DNA from: Centroscyllium fabricii
Lineage: Eukaryota
NCBI GenBank assembly: GCA_051313645.2
Contig: JBNRSN020000023.1
Location: 23,684,001-23,748,000, forward strand
DNA: 64,000 bases
Reading direction: 5' to 3'
The notes below the pieces were generated by a model. The model worked only from the letters and a program-made list of their open reading frames with translations, was not told the origin of the DNA and ran no database searches. Of this stretch, positions 22,901 through 34,337 are shown in pieces. The position numbers were made by a program, and so were the translations under genes. Every line of letters begins with the position of its first letter. Position 1 is the stretch's first letter.

Positions 22901-25900
22901 GCATTTTATTGGTGTTGGTGTTGGGTTTGGTGTTGGTATTGGGGATGTTACTAATATTGGGGTTGATGTTGGTATTGTGCCTGGTGTTTCTATTGGGTCT
23001 GGTGTTGATATTGGGTCTGGTGTTGATATTGCGGTTGGTGTTGGTATTGTGGTTGGTCTTGGTATTGGGGTTGGTGTTGGTATTTCGTTTGATGTTGATA
23101 TTGGGGTTGCTGTTTGCATTGGGGATGGTGCTGGTCTTGCTGTTGTTATTGGGGCTGATCTTAGTATTGTGGCTGGTCTTTATATTGGTATTGGGGTTGT
23201 TATTGGTATAGGGGCTGTTGTTGAGGTTGGGTTGGTGTTGGTATTCGGGTTGCTTTCCGGGTTGGTATTGGTATAGAGTCTGGTGTTCGGTTTGGGGTTG
23301 GTGATGGTATTGGAGTTGGTGTTGGTATACAGGCTGGTTTTGAGGTTGGTATTCAGGCTGGTTTTGAGGTTGGTATTGGGGCTGGTGTTGGTTTTAGGGT
23401 TGGTGTTGCGGTAGGTGTTGGAATTGGCATTGGTGTTGGTATTGGGATTGGTGTTGCTTTTGGGATTGCTATTGGTGGTGGTGCTGGTATTGGGTTTTTG
23501 GTGGTATTGGCGTTGGTGTTGGTATTTTGGTTGGTGTTATTGGGGATGGTGTTCGATTTGGTGTTGGCGTTGGTATTCAGATTGGGGTTGGTGTTGCTAT
23601 TGGGGCCGGCGCTGGTATTGCTGTTGGTGTTGGTATTGCTGTTGGTATTGGCATTGGTGTTTGAATTGGGGTTGGTGTTAATATTGGGTTGTTTGTATGG
23701 GGGATGGTGTTGCTATTGGGCTTGGTGCTGGTATTGGGGCTGATCTTGGTGTTGCGTTTGGTCTTTGTATTGTGGTTGATATTGGTATTTGTATTGGTAT
23801 AGAGGCTGGTGTTGGTATTGGGGATGGTGTTGGTATTGGGGTTGTTGTTGTCGTATTGGTATTGGCATTGTATTTGTGATGATATTGGGGTTTGTGTTGG
23901 TATTGGGGATGGTACTAATATTGGGGTTGGTATTGTGGTTGGTGTTGGGCTTTTTGTTGCTATTGGGCTGGTGTTGGTATTGGGGTTGGTGTTGGTATTG
24001 GGTTTGATAGTGGGGTTGTGGTTTTTATTGGGGTTGTGGTTTTTATTGGGGTTGGTGTTTTTATTGGGGATGGTGTTGCTACTGCGGTTGGTGCAGGTAT
24101 TGCTGTTGGTATTGGGGCTGATCTTGGTATTGCGGCTGGTCTTTATATTGGTGTTGATGTTGGTATCAGGTTTGGTATTGGTAAAGGGGCTGTTGTTGGG
24201 GTTGCGGTTGGTGTTGGTATTCGGGTTGGTATTGGTATAGGGTCTGGTGTTGTTGGTCTTGGTATTGGGGCTGGTGTTGTTGTTGGTGTTATTGGGGCTG
24301 GTTTTGAGGTTGGTATTGGGGCTGGTGTTGGTATTGCGGCCGGTTTTAGGGTAGGTGTTGCGGTAGGTGTTCATATTAGGTTTGTGCTGGTATTGGGGAT
24401 GGTGTTGCTTTTGGGATTGCTATTGGTGTTGGTGCTGGTGTTGGTGCTGGTATTGGGTTTGTGTTGGTATTGGGGTTGGTGTTCATATTTGTGTTGGTGT
24501 TATTATTGGGGACGGTGTTGGGGTTGGTGTTGGTATTGGGGTTGGTGTTGGTATTGGGGTTGGTGTTGGTATTGGATTGGGTGTTGCTATTGGATTTGGT
24601 GTTGCTATTGGATTTGGTGTTGCTATTGGGGTTGGTGCTGGTATTGGGGTTGGCACTGGTATTGGGGTTGGCGCTGGTATTGGGGTTGCTGTTGGAATTG
24701 GGGCTGCTGTTTTAATTGGGTTGTTGGTATTGCTATTGTGGTTGGTGTTGATATTGGGTTTTGTATTGGTATTTGCATTGGTGTTGATATTGTGGTTGTT
24801 GGTATTGGGGCTGGTGTTGATATTGTGGTTGATGTTGGTATTGAGGCGGGTGTTTGTACTGGGGCTGGTGCTGGTATTGCTGCTGTTATTGGGGCTGATC
24901 TCGGTGTTGTGGTTTGTCTTTGTATTGGGGTTGATATTGGTATTTGAGTTAGTATTGGTATAGGGTCTGGGGTTGGGTTGGTGATGGCATTGATGCTGGT
25001 GTTGCTATTTGGGTTGGTATTGGGGCTGGTTTTGAGGCTGGTATTGGGGCTGCTGTTTGTATTGGGGTTGGTGTTGGTTTTAGGGTTGGTGTTGTGGTTG
25101 GTGTTGGTATTGAGATTGGTATTGGGGTAGGCGTTATTGAGTTTGTGTTGGTATTGGGGTTGGTGTTGCTTTTAGGGTTGATCTTGCTTTTGGGATTGGT
25201 GTTTGTTTTGGATCTGGTATTAGGTTTGTGTTGATATTGGGGTTGGTGTTGCTTTTGCGATTGCTATTGGGTGTTGGTGCTGGTATTGGGTTTGTGTTGG
25301 TATTGGGGTTTGTGTTGGTATTTGTGTTGGTGTTTTTATTGGGGTCAGTGTTGGATTTGGTGTTGGTATTCAGATTGGTGTTGATATTGGGTTGGAGTTG
25401 GTGTTGGAATTGGGGCTGCGGGTTGTATTGGGTTGTTGGTATTGTGGTTGGTAGTATTGGGTTTGGTGTTGGTATTGGGTTTGTGTTGGTATTGGAGCTG
25501 ATGTTGGTAATGGGGTTGGTGTTGTATTGGAGTTGCTATTGGGGTTGGTGCTGGTATTGTGGTTGGTGTTGTTGGTATTGCGGATGGTGTTAGTATTGGG
25601 GTTAATGTTGGTAATGGGGTTGGTCGTGTTGGTGTTGATATTGGGGCTGGTGTTGGTTTTGGGGCTGGTGTTGGTATTGTGGCTGGTCTTTGTATTGGGG
25701 TTGATATTGGTATTTGAGTTAGTATTGGTGTTGGGGTTTGTATTCGGGTTGGTATTGGTGTTGGTGTTGGTATTGGTATAGGGTCTGGTGTTGGGGGTGG
25801 TCTTGGTATTGTGGTTGGAGTTGGTGATGGTATTGATGCTGGTGTTGCTGTTTGGGTTGGTGTTGGTATTGGGGCTGGTGTTTGTGTTGGGGTTGGTGTT

Positions 25901-28900
25901 GGTTTCAGGGTTGCTGTTGGTGTTGGTTTTGAGATTGGTATTGGTGTTGGTGCTGGTATTCGGTTTGTGTTGATATTGGGGTTGGTGTTGGTATTTGTGT
26001 TTGGTGTTGGTATTTGAGTTGGTGTTATTGGGGATGATGTTGATTTTGGTGTTGATGTTGTTGCTATTCAGATTGGTATTGGGTTTAGTGTTGGTATTGG
26101 AGTTGGTGTTGGTACCAGAGTTGGTTTTGGTATTTGTGATGGTGTTGATATTGGATTTGGTGCTGATATTGGGGTTGGTGTTGGTATTGTGACTGGTGTT
26201 AGGGTTATGGTTGGTGTTGGTATGGTTGGTGTTGGTATTTTGCTTGGTGTTGGGGTTGGTTTTGGTGTTGGTATTGTCTTTATTGCAGTTGGTGTTGATA
26301 TGGGGTTGGTGTTGCTTTTGGGATCTCTATTGGGGTTGGCATTGGTGTAAGTATTGGGTTTGTTATTGGGGTTGGTGTTGGTATTTGGGTTGGTATTGGT
26401 ACTGGATATGGTTTTGGATTTGGTGTTGGTGTTGGTATTCAGATTGGTGTTGCTATTGGGGTTGGTGTTGGTATTGGATTTTGTTATTGGGGTTGGTGTT
26501 GGTTTTGGATTTTGTTATTGGGGTTGGTTTTGGTATTGTGGCTGGTGTTTGTATTGGGGCTGTTTATATTCTTGTTGGTGTTGGTATTGGGGTTGGTGTT
26601 GGTATTGGGACTGGTGTTGGTGTTGGTATTGGGACTGAGCTTGGTATTTCAGCTGGTGTTTGTACTGAGGTTGGTCTTGGTAATGGGGTTAGTGTTGGTT
26701 GGGTTCAGGCTTGGTGTTGGTATTGTGGCTGGTGTTGGGATTGTGGTTGGAGTTGGTACTGGTATTGCGGATAGTGTTAGTGTTGGGGTTGGTTTTGGGG
26801 TTGGTATTGGTAGTGTGACTGGTGTTGGAGTTGGGGTTGGTGATGGTATTGGCACTGGTGTTGGGGTTGGGGCTGGTGTTGGTATTGGGGCTAGTTTTGA
26901 GGTTGGTATTGTGGCTGGTGGGGTTGGTGTTCGTTTCAGTGTTGTTGCAGTTGGTGCTGATATTGGGGTTAGACCTTGCATTGTTATTGGGTTGTTGGTG
27001 TTGGTATTGTTATTGGAGTTGGTGTTTATTGTGGTTGGTTTTGGTATTGCAGTTGGTATTGGTTTACGGGTTGGGGTTGCGGTTGGTGTTGCTTTTGAAA
27101 TTGGTATTTGGGTTGGGGTTGGTATTGGGTTTGTGTTGTGGTTTGTGTTGGTCTTAGGGTTGGTGTTGGTGTTGGTGTTGGTGTTGGTATTGGTATTGGG
27201 TTTGTATTGGTATTGGGGTTTTTGTTGGTAGTGTGTTGGTGCTGGTATTTTCATTGGTGTTGGTATTGGGGTTGGTGTTAGTATTGGGGTTGGTGTTGGT
27301 ATTGGGGATGGTGTTGCTCTTGTGGTTGGTGCTGGTATTGTTGTTGGTATTGGGGCTGATCTCGGTATTGCGGTTCATCTTTGTATTGGGGTTGATATTG
27401 TTTTTTGAGTTAGTATTGGTATAGGGTCTGGTGTTGGTATTCGGGTTGGTATAGGGTAGGTGTTGGGGTTGGTCTTGGTATTGGGGCTGGGGTTGCATTG
27501 GTGATGGTATTGGGGCTAGTTTTGAGGTTGGTATTGGGGCTGGTGTGGGGTTGGGGTTGGGGTAGGTGTTGGTTTTAGGGTTGATGTTGGGTTTCGGGTT
27601 GGTGTTGCTTTTGGGATTGGTGTTTGTGTTGGTATTCAGATTGGTGTTGCTATTGGATTTGGTGTTGCTATTGGGGCTGGCGCTGGTTTTGGATTTGGTG
27701 TTGGAATTGGGGCTGCTGTTTGTATTGGGGCTGGTGTTGGTGTCGGGGCTGGTGTTGGGGTCGGGGTTGGTGTTGGTGTCGGGGCTGGTGTTGGTGTCGG
27801 GGCTGGTGTCGGGGTCGGGGCTGGTGTCGGTGTCGGGGCTGGTGTCGGGGTCGGGGCTGGTGTTGCTATTGTGGTTGGTGCTGGTATTTCTGCTGATATT
27901 GGGGCTGATCTTGGTATTGTGGTTGGTCTTTGTATTCGGGTTGATATTGGTATTTGAATTAGTATTGGTATGGGGCTGGTGTTGGGGTTGGTATTGGTGT
28001 AGGGTCTGGTGTTGGGGTTGGTCTTGGTATTGGGGTTGGGTTGGTGATGGTATTGATGTTGGTGTTGCTGTTGGTATTGGGGCTGGTGTTTGCATTGGTG
28101 TTGGTTTTAGGGTTGCTGTTGCAGTTGGTGTTGGTATTGAGATTGGTATTGGTGTTGGTGCTGGTATTCGGTTTGTGTTATTGGGTTTGGTATTTCTGTT
28201 GGTTGTGTTATTGGGGATGATGTTGATGTTGGTATTGCTATTCAGATTGGGGTTGGTGTTGGTATTGTATCTGGTGTTGAGGTTATGGTTGGTGTGGGTA
28301 TTGTGGTTCGTGCTGGTGTTGGTTTTGGTGTTGGTGTTTGTATTGCGGTTGGTGTTGATATAGGGTTGGTGTTGGTGTTGGTTTTGGGATTACTATTGGG
28401 GTTGGTATTGGGTGTGTTATTGGGTTTGGTGTTGGTACTGGAGATGGTGGTGGAGTTGGTGTTGGTATTCAGATTGGTGTTGGGGTTGGTGTTAGTATTG
28501 GATTTGGTGTTGGGGTTGGTTTTGGTATTGGGGCTGTTTATATTCTTTTAGGTGTTGCTATTGCGATTGGTGTTGGTATTGCGTCTGGTGTTGGTATTGG
28601 TGTTGATGTTTGTATTGGGACTGATCTTGGTATTTCAGCTGGTGTTTGTATTGGGGTTGGTGTTGGATTGGGGCTGGTGTTAGATTGTGGTTGGAGTTGG
28701 TACTGGTATTGGTGCTCGTGTTAGTGTTGGGGTAGGTGTTGGTAGTGGGACTGGTGTTGAAGTTGGGGTTGGTGATGGTATTGGCACTGGTGTTGGAGTT
28801 GGGGCTGGTGTTGGTATTGGGGCTAGTTTTGAGGTTGGTAATGGGGCTGGTGTTTGTATTGGGACCAATGGTTTCGGTGTTGATGTTGCAGTTGATGCTG

Positions 28901-31837
28901 GTATTGGGGTTAGGGTTGGTGTTGGTATTATTGGAGTTGGTGTTGATATTGTGGTTGGTGTTGGTATTGCAGTTGGTATTGGGGCTGGTGTTGGTTTTCG
29001 GGTTGGGGTTGCAGTTAGTGTTGCTTTTGAAATTGGTATTTGGATTGAGGTTGTTGGTATTGGGTTTGTGTTGTGGTTTGTGTTGGTATTGGGTTTGGTG
29101 TTATTGGGGTTGGTGGTGTTGGAATTGGAGTTGGTATTGAGGGTGGAGTTGGTATTGAGGGTGGAGTTGGTGTTGATATTGGGGTTGGTGTTAGTATTGG
29201 TGTTGGGGTTGGTTTTGCTTTTGGTATTAGGGTTGGGTTTGTGTTGGTATTGGTGTTTCTGTTGGTATTTGGGTTGGTGTTGGTATTGGTGATGGTGTTG
29301 GTTTTGGTGGTGTTGGTATTCAGATTGGTGGTATTGGGGCTAGTGTTGGTGTTGAAATTGGTGTTAGTATTGGGGTTGGTGTTGGTATTGGTATTGGGGT
29401 TGGTATTTGTATTATTGATGGTGTTGCTATTGGGTTTGGTGCTGGTATTGGGTCTGGTGTAGGTATTGGGGTTGGTGTAGGTATTGGGGTTGGGGTTGGT
29501 TTTAGTATTGGGGTTGGTGTTGGCATTAGGTTTGGTATTTGTTTTGGGGATGGTGTTGCTATTGGGGTTGCTGCTGGTATTGGTGTTGGTATTGGGGCTG
29601 ATGGTATTGCGGCTGGTGCTTGCGTTGGGGTTGGTGTTGGTTTTGGTGTTGGTATTAATATTGGGGTTGGTGTTGTATTGGGGTTGCTATTAGTGTTGGA
29701 GTTGATGGTATTGTGACTGGTGCTGGCATTGGGGCTGGTGTTGGGGCTGGTGCTGGTTTTAGGGTTGGTGTTGGGGTTGGTGTTGATAATGGGGTTGATG
29801 TTGTCATTGCGGTTGCTGTTGGTATTTGGGCTGATGTTGGTGTTGCTGTTGGTTTTGCTTTTGGGATTGGTACTGGGGTTGGGGCTGGCGTTGGTATTGG
29901 GTTTGTGTTGGTATTGGGGTTTCTGTTAATATTGGGGATGATGTTGGTATTGGTATTCAGATTGGTGGTGATATTGGTGTTGGTCTTGGTATTGGGTTTC
30001 GTGTTGATATTGGGTTTGCTGGTGTTGGTATTGGGGCTAGTGTTGATATTGCAGTTGTTGTTGGTATTGGGTTGGTATTGGTGTTGGTGTTCGTGTTGGT
30101 ATTAGGGTTGGTGTTGATTTTGGGGTTGGTGTTGATAATGCGGTTGGTGTTGGTTTTGTGGTAGATTTTGTGGTTGGTGTTGTTTTTTAGATTGGTGTTA
30201 GGGTAGGGATTGGTGCTGATATTGGATTTGTTGGTATTGGGGTTGGTGTTGGTATTATGGATGGTGGTTTTGGTATTCAGATTGGGGTTGTTGCTGGTAT
30301 TGACGTTTGTGTTGGTATTGGGACTGGATAAGGTACTGGGGTTGGTGTTGGTTTTGGAGTTGGTATTGGGGTTGGTGTTGATATTGGGGTTGGTATTGGG
30401 GTTGGTTTTGGTATTGGTTGGTGTTTGTATTGGGGCTGGTGTTGCGGTTGGTGTTGCTTTTTGGGCTGGTATTGGGGTTGGGATTGGTGCGGATATCGGG
30501 TTTGTGTTGGTATTGGGGTTGGTGTTGGTATTGATGATGGTGTTGGATTTGGTTTTGGTGTTGGTATTCAGATTGGTGATTAGGTTTGGTGTTGGTATTA
30601 GGTTTGTTGTTGGTGTAGGGGCTGGTGATGGTACTGGGTTGGTGTTGGTATTGTGGCTGGGTTTGGAGTTGAAATTAGGGTTGCTGTTGAAATTGGGTTT
30701 GGTATTGAGGTTGGTGGTGTCATTGGGGTTGGTTTTGATATTGGGATTGTTCTTGCTATTGGGGTTGGTATTGGGAATCGTGTTGACATTGTGGCTGGTG
30801 GTGGGGTTGGGGTTGGTGTTGGTATTGGGGCTGAAGTTCGTGTTGGCATGGGGACCAGTATTGGTATTGGGGCTGGTGTTGCAGTTAGGGTTGGTGTTTA
30901 TATTTAGTTTGTTTTGGTATTGGAGTTGGTTTTGGTAATGGATTTAGTGTTGTTGTGGCTGGTGTTGGTATTAGGGTTGACGATGTTTTGGGGATTAGTG
31001 TTGCAGTTAGTGTTGGTATTGTGGTTGGTGTTGATATTGGGGATGGTGTCAGTGTTGGTATTTGGGGTTGGTGTTGGATTTGATGTTGGTGTTGCTGTTG
31101 TGGGTATTGGGATTGGGGTTGGTGTTGGTTTTTGGGTTGGTGTTGAGGTGGATGTTGTAAGTATTGGGGTTGGTACTTTTATTGGGGTTGGTGCTATTTT
31201 GGGGGAGTTGGTGTTGGTGTTGATCTGGGATTGGGGTTGGTGTTTGGTTTTAATGTTATTGGGTGTTGGTATTCGGCTGGTGGTACTGGGGTTGGTTTTG
31301 GTATTGGGGTTGCTGTTGGTATCGGGTTTGGTGTTGATATTGGGGTTTGTGTTATTGGAGCTGCTGTTGGTGTTGTGTTTGGTGTTGGTAGTAGGTTTTT
31401 GGTGGTATTGGGGTTGGTATTGGGGTTTGTGGTGTTGGTGTTGGTATTTGGTTTGTGTTCGTATTGGGTTTGGTGTTGGTATTGGGGTTAGTGTTGGTAT
31501 TGGGGATGGTGTTCGTATTTGGGTTGGTGTTTGCATTGGGGTGATGTTGGTATTGGAGATGCTGTTGCTATTGGGTTGGTATTTGGGCTAGTGTTGAGGT
31601 CGGGGTTTGTGTTGGTATTGAGGTTGGTGTTGGTATTGGAGTTGATGGTGTTGGTGTTGGTATTGGGTTTGGGCTTGGTGTTGGTCTTGGTTTTGGGGTT
31701 TGTGTTGCAGTTGGTGTTGCTTTTGGAGTTTTTATTGGGGTTGGTGTTGGTATTGCTTTGGTGTTTGTTTTGGGGTTGGTATTGGGGATTGAGTTGGTTT
31801 TGGGGTTGGTGTTGCTATTCGGATTGGTGTTGGTATT
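16992..31837. repeat. G/T-rich hexamer satellite, main block (interrupted at 17718-17946)
   Basis: About 14.6 kb of degenerate hexamers with local perfect 18-mer runs and kb-scale duplications. Confidence 0.95.
17718..17946 (-). mobile_element. Short solo LTR (229 bp, Gypsy-like)
   Basis: TG..CA termini (tgatgtgac..cattaca); exact 5-bp TSD gtgtt at 17713-17717 and 17947-17951; ATTAAA on the minus strand near its 3' end. Confidence 0.75.
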
Positions 31838-32836
31838 TGTCACAGTTGGCATACCTTTTTAGGGTGTATTCCCCTTTAAGGTATCCATCTTTGTATCCTG
31901 TTGTGTTAGTTTGTATTGTTAAATTACCTCAATTAGGTGCTCTCATTCCTGTGTGTGCTTTATGTCAGTGCCTGCAGCTGGTTGGTTAAACCCAAATGAT
32001 CTATTTGCTGGTTTTGCTCATAAGCTGGGGGTCTTGCATGTGGCAGGTGCGGGATCATTGAATTAGCTGGATTTCATTTAGACATTCTACAAACTACTGG
32101 AAGAAGTGGTTACTGCTTCTGTGCTGCTGGAGAGGCTATGGGTTTGGGCTTTCCCTTGCCCTATTGAGGACGGATTCCCTTTGGAAGACTCGGCTAGAGT
32201 GAGACTAGCTGTGGCAGCTAGAGTGAGACTAGCTGTGGAGTAGACTTCAGTGAATTACAATTTGTCATCAGTCTGGACATTGTGTTCAGCCACCTGCAGC
32301 TCAGGCTGGGCTGCTTGAGAGGCAATGGGGTTGGAGCTCATATCACTCAGCCTTGACATTGCACTCTGCTATTCTGCAGTTCAGGTTTGGACATTCATAT
32401 GTTTAGTAAGGGTGTTCCCCTGCTTGTGGATCAGGTATTTTCTTCCTCTGAAGACTCAGCCGGAGTGAGTCCCGACCAGCAGGGCGGACTCGGAAGAGAG
32501 TTCAGAATCTACTACTTGGACATTTGGTTCATTATCATCCGAACTCAGGTTTGGACATTGCTTGCTACCTGTTTTACAGGATTTGGACATGAATTCCTCT
32601 GGTAAATGATGCGCTTGGCTGCGTAGCATTCCTCTACTCATTTCTCACAACTTTGGGAAGTTCTGTGCCAGTCTTCAGCTAAGACTTGTTTAAGATGTTT
32701 AATCGATTTGTGTATGTGTGAATGCAATTTATTATGTTTTTGGTAATTTATATATATTAAAGGAGTTCAGCTCTAGAAAGACGTTTCAGTGTCTCTGCAT
32801 TTGGGCCCCACCACAATCCGTTACAGATCCGTTACA
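31838..32836 (+). mobile_element. Solo LTR (~1 kb) of the long-LTR family
   Basis: tgtcaca..ccgttaca termini; TSD gtatt at 31833-31837 and 32837-32841; terminal atccgttaca duplicated. The 3' part attaaaggag..tttcagtgtctctgcatttgggcccc is shared with 34338 and 59988. Confidence 0.88.
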
Positions 32837-34337
32837 GTATTGGTGTTTGTGTTGAGGTTAGGCTTGGTGTTGTTGGGGTTGGGGTTGCAATTGGAGTTGG
32901 TCTTGGGGTTGATGTTGGTCTTGGGGTTGGTGTTGGTGTTGGGGTTGGTGTTGGTTTTGGGGTTGGTGTTGCGTTTGGTGTTGGCATTGGGGTTGGGTTT
33001 GGTGTTGGTATTGGGGTTGTGCTGGTATTGGTGTTGTTGGGGTTGGGTTTGTTGCTCGTATTGGGGCTGTGCTGGTATTGGGGTTGGTGTTTGTTTTGGG
33101 GATGGTGTTGCTATTGGGGTTGCTGTTGGTGTTGCGGCTGGTGTTTGCATTGGGGTTGGTTTTGGTGTTGGTATTGATGTTGGGTTGGGTTTGTGGTTGT
33201 TGGTATTGGTATTGGCACTGGTGTTGGCATTGGGACTGGTTGATTTTAGGGTAGTTGTTGGTGTTATTGGAGTTGGGGTTGGTGTTGGTATTGAATTGTG
33301 TTGGTAATGGGGTTGGTGTTGATAATGTGGTCATTGTGGTTGCTGTTGGTATTTGGGCTGATGTTGGTTTTGGTGTTGGTTTTGCTTTTGGGATTGGTAC
33401 TGGGATCGGGGCTGGCGTTGGTATTGGGTTTGTGTTGGTATTGGTGTTGGTATTGGTGTTGGTATTCAGATTGGTGGTGCTATTGGTGTTGGTCTTGCTA
33501 TTGGTGTTGGAATTGCGTGTGTTGCTGTTGGGGCTGATGCTGGTGTTGGTGTTAGAGTTGGTCTTCGTATTGGGGCTGGTGTTGGTGTTGTTGTTGGTGT
33601 TGGTATTGGGGTTGGTATTCTGGTTGGTGTTGGTATTGGTGTTTATATTGGGTTTGTGTTGGTATTAGGGTTGGTGTTGATTTTGGGGTTGGTGTTTGTT
33701 TTCGGGCTGGCGTTGATATTGCAGTTGGTGTTGGTTTTGTGGTAGATGTTGCGGTTGGTGTTGCTGTTTGGATTGGTATTAGGGTTGGGATTGGTGTTGA
33801 TATTGGATTTGTTAGTATTGGGGTTGGTGTTGGTATTAGGGATGGTGTTGGGGTTGGGATTGGGTTCAGTATTGGAATTGGGGTTGTTGCTGGTATTGAC
33901 GTTTGTGTTGGTATTGGGACAGGATTAGGTACTGGTGTTGGTATTGGAATTGGTATTGGGATTGCAGTTGTTATTGGGGTTGGTGTTGATATTGGGGTTG
34001 GTGTTGATATTGGGGTTGGTGTTGATATTGGGGCTGTTTTTGGGATGGGGTTAGTGTTGACATTGTGTTTGGTGTTGGCATTGGAGCTGGTGTTGGTATT
34101 GGATTTGGTGCTGACATAGGGTTTGCTGTTGGTATTGTGGTTGCTGTTGGTTTTGGGGTTGGTGTTACGGTTGGTGTTGCTTTTTGGGCTGGGGTTGGGG
34201 TTGGGATTGGTGCTCATCGGGTTTATGTTGGTATTGGGGTTGGTGTTTGTGTTGGTATTGGGGATGGTGTTGGGTTTGGTTTTGGTGTTGGTATTCAGAT
34301 TGGTGTTGGTATTAGGTTTGGTGTAGGGGCTGGTATC
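32837..34337. repeat. G/T-rich hexamer satellite
   Basis: Same periodicity; resembles the 29.7-30.6 kb block. Confidence 0.93.
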
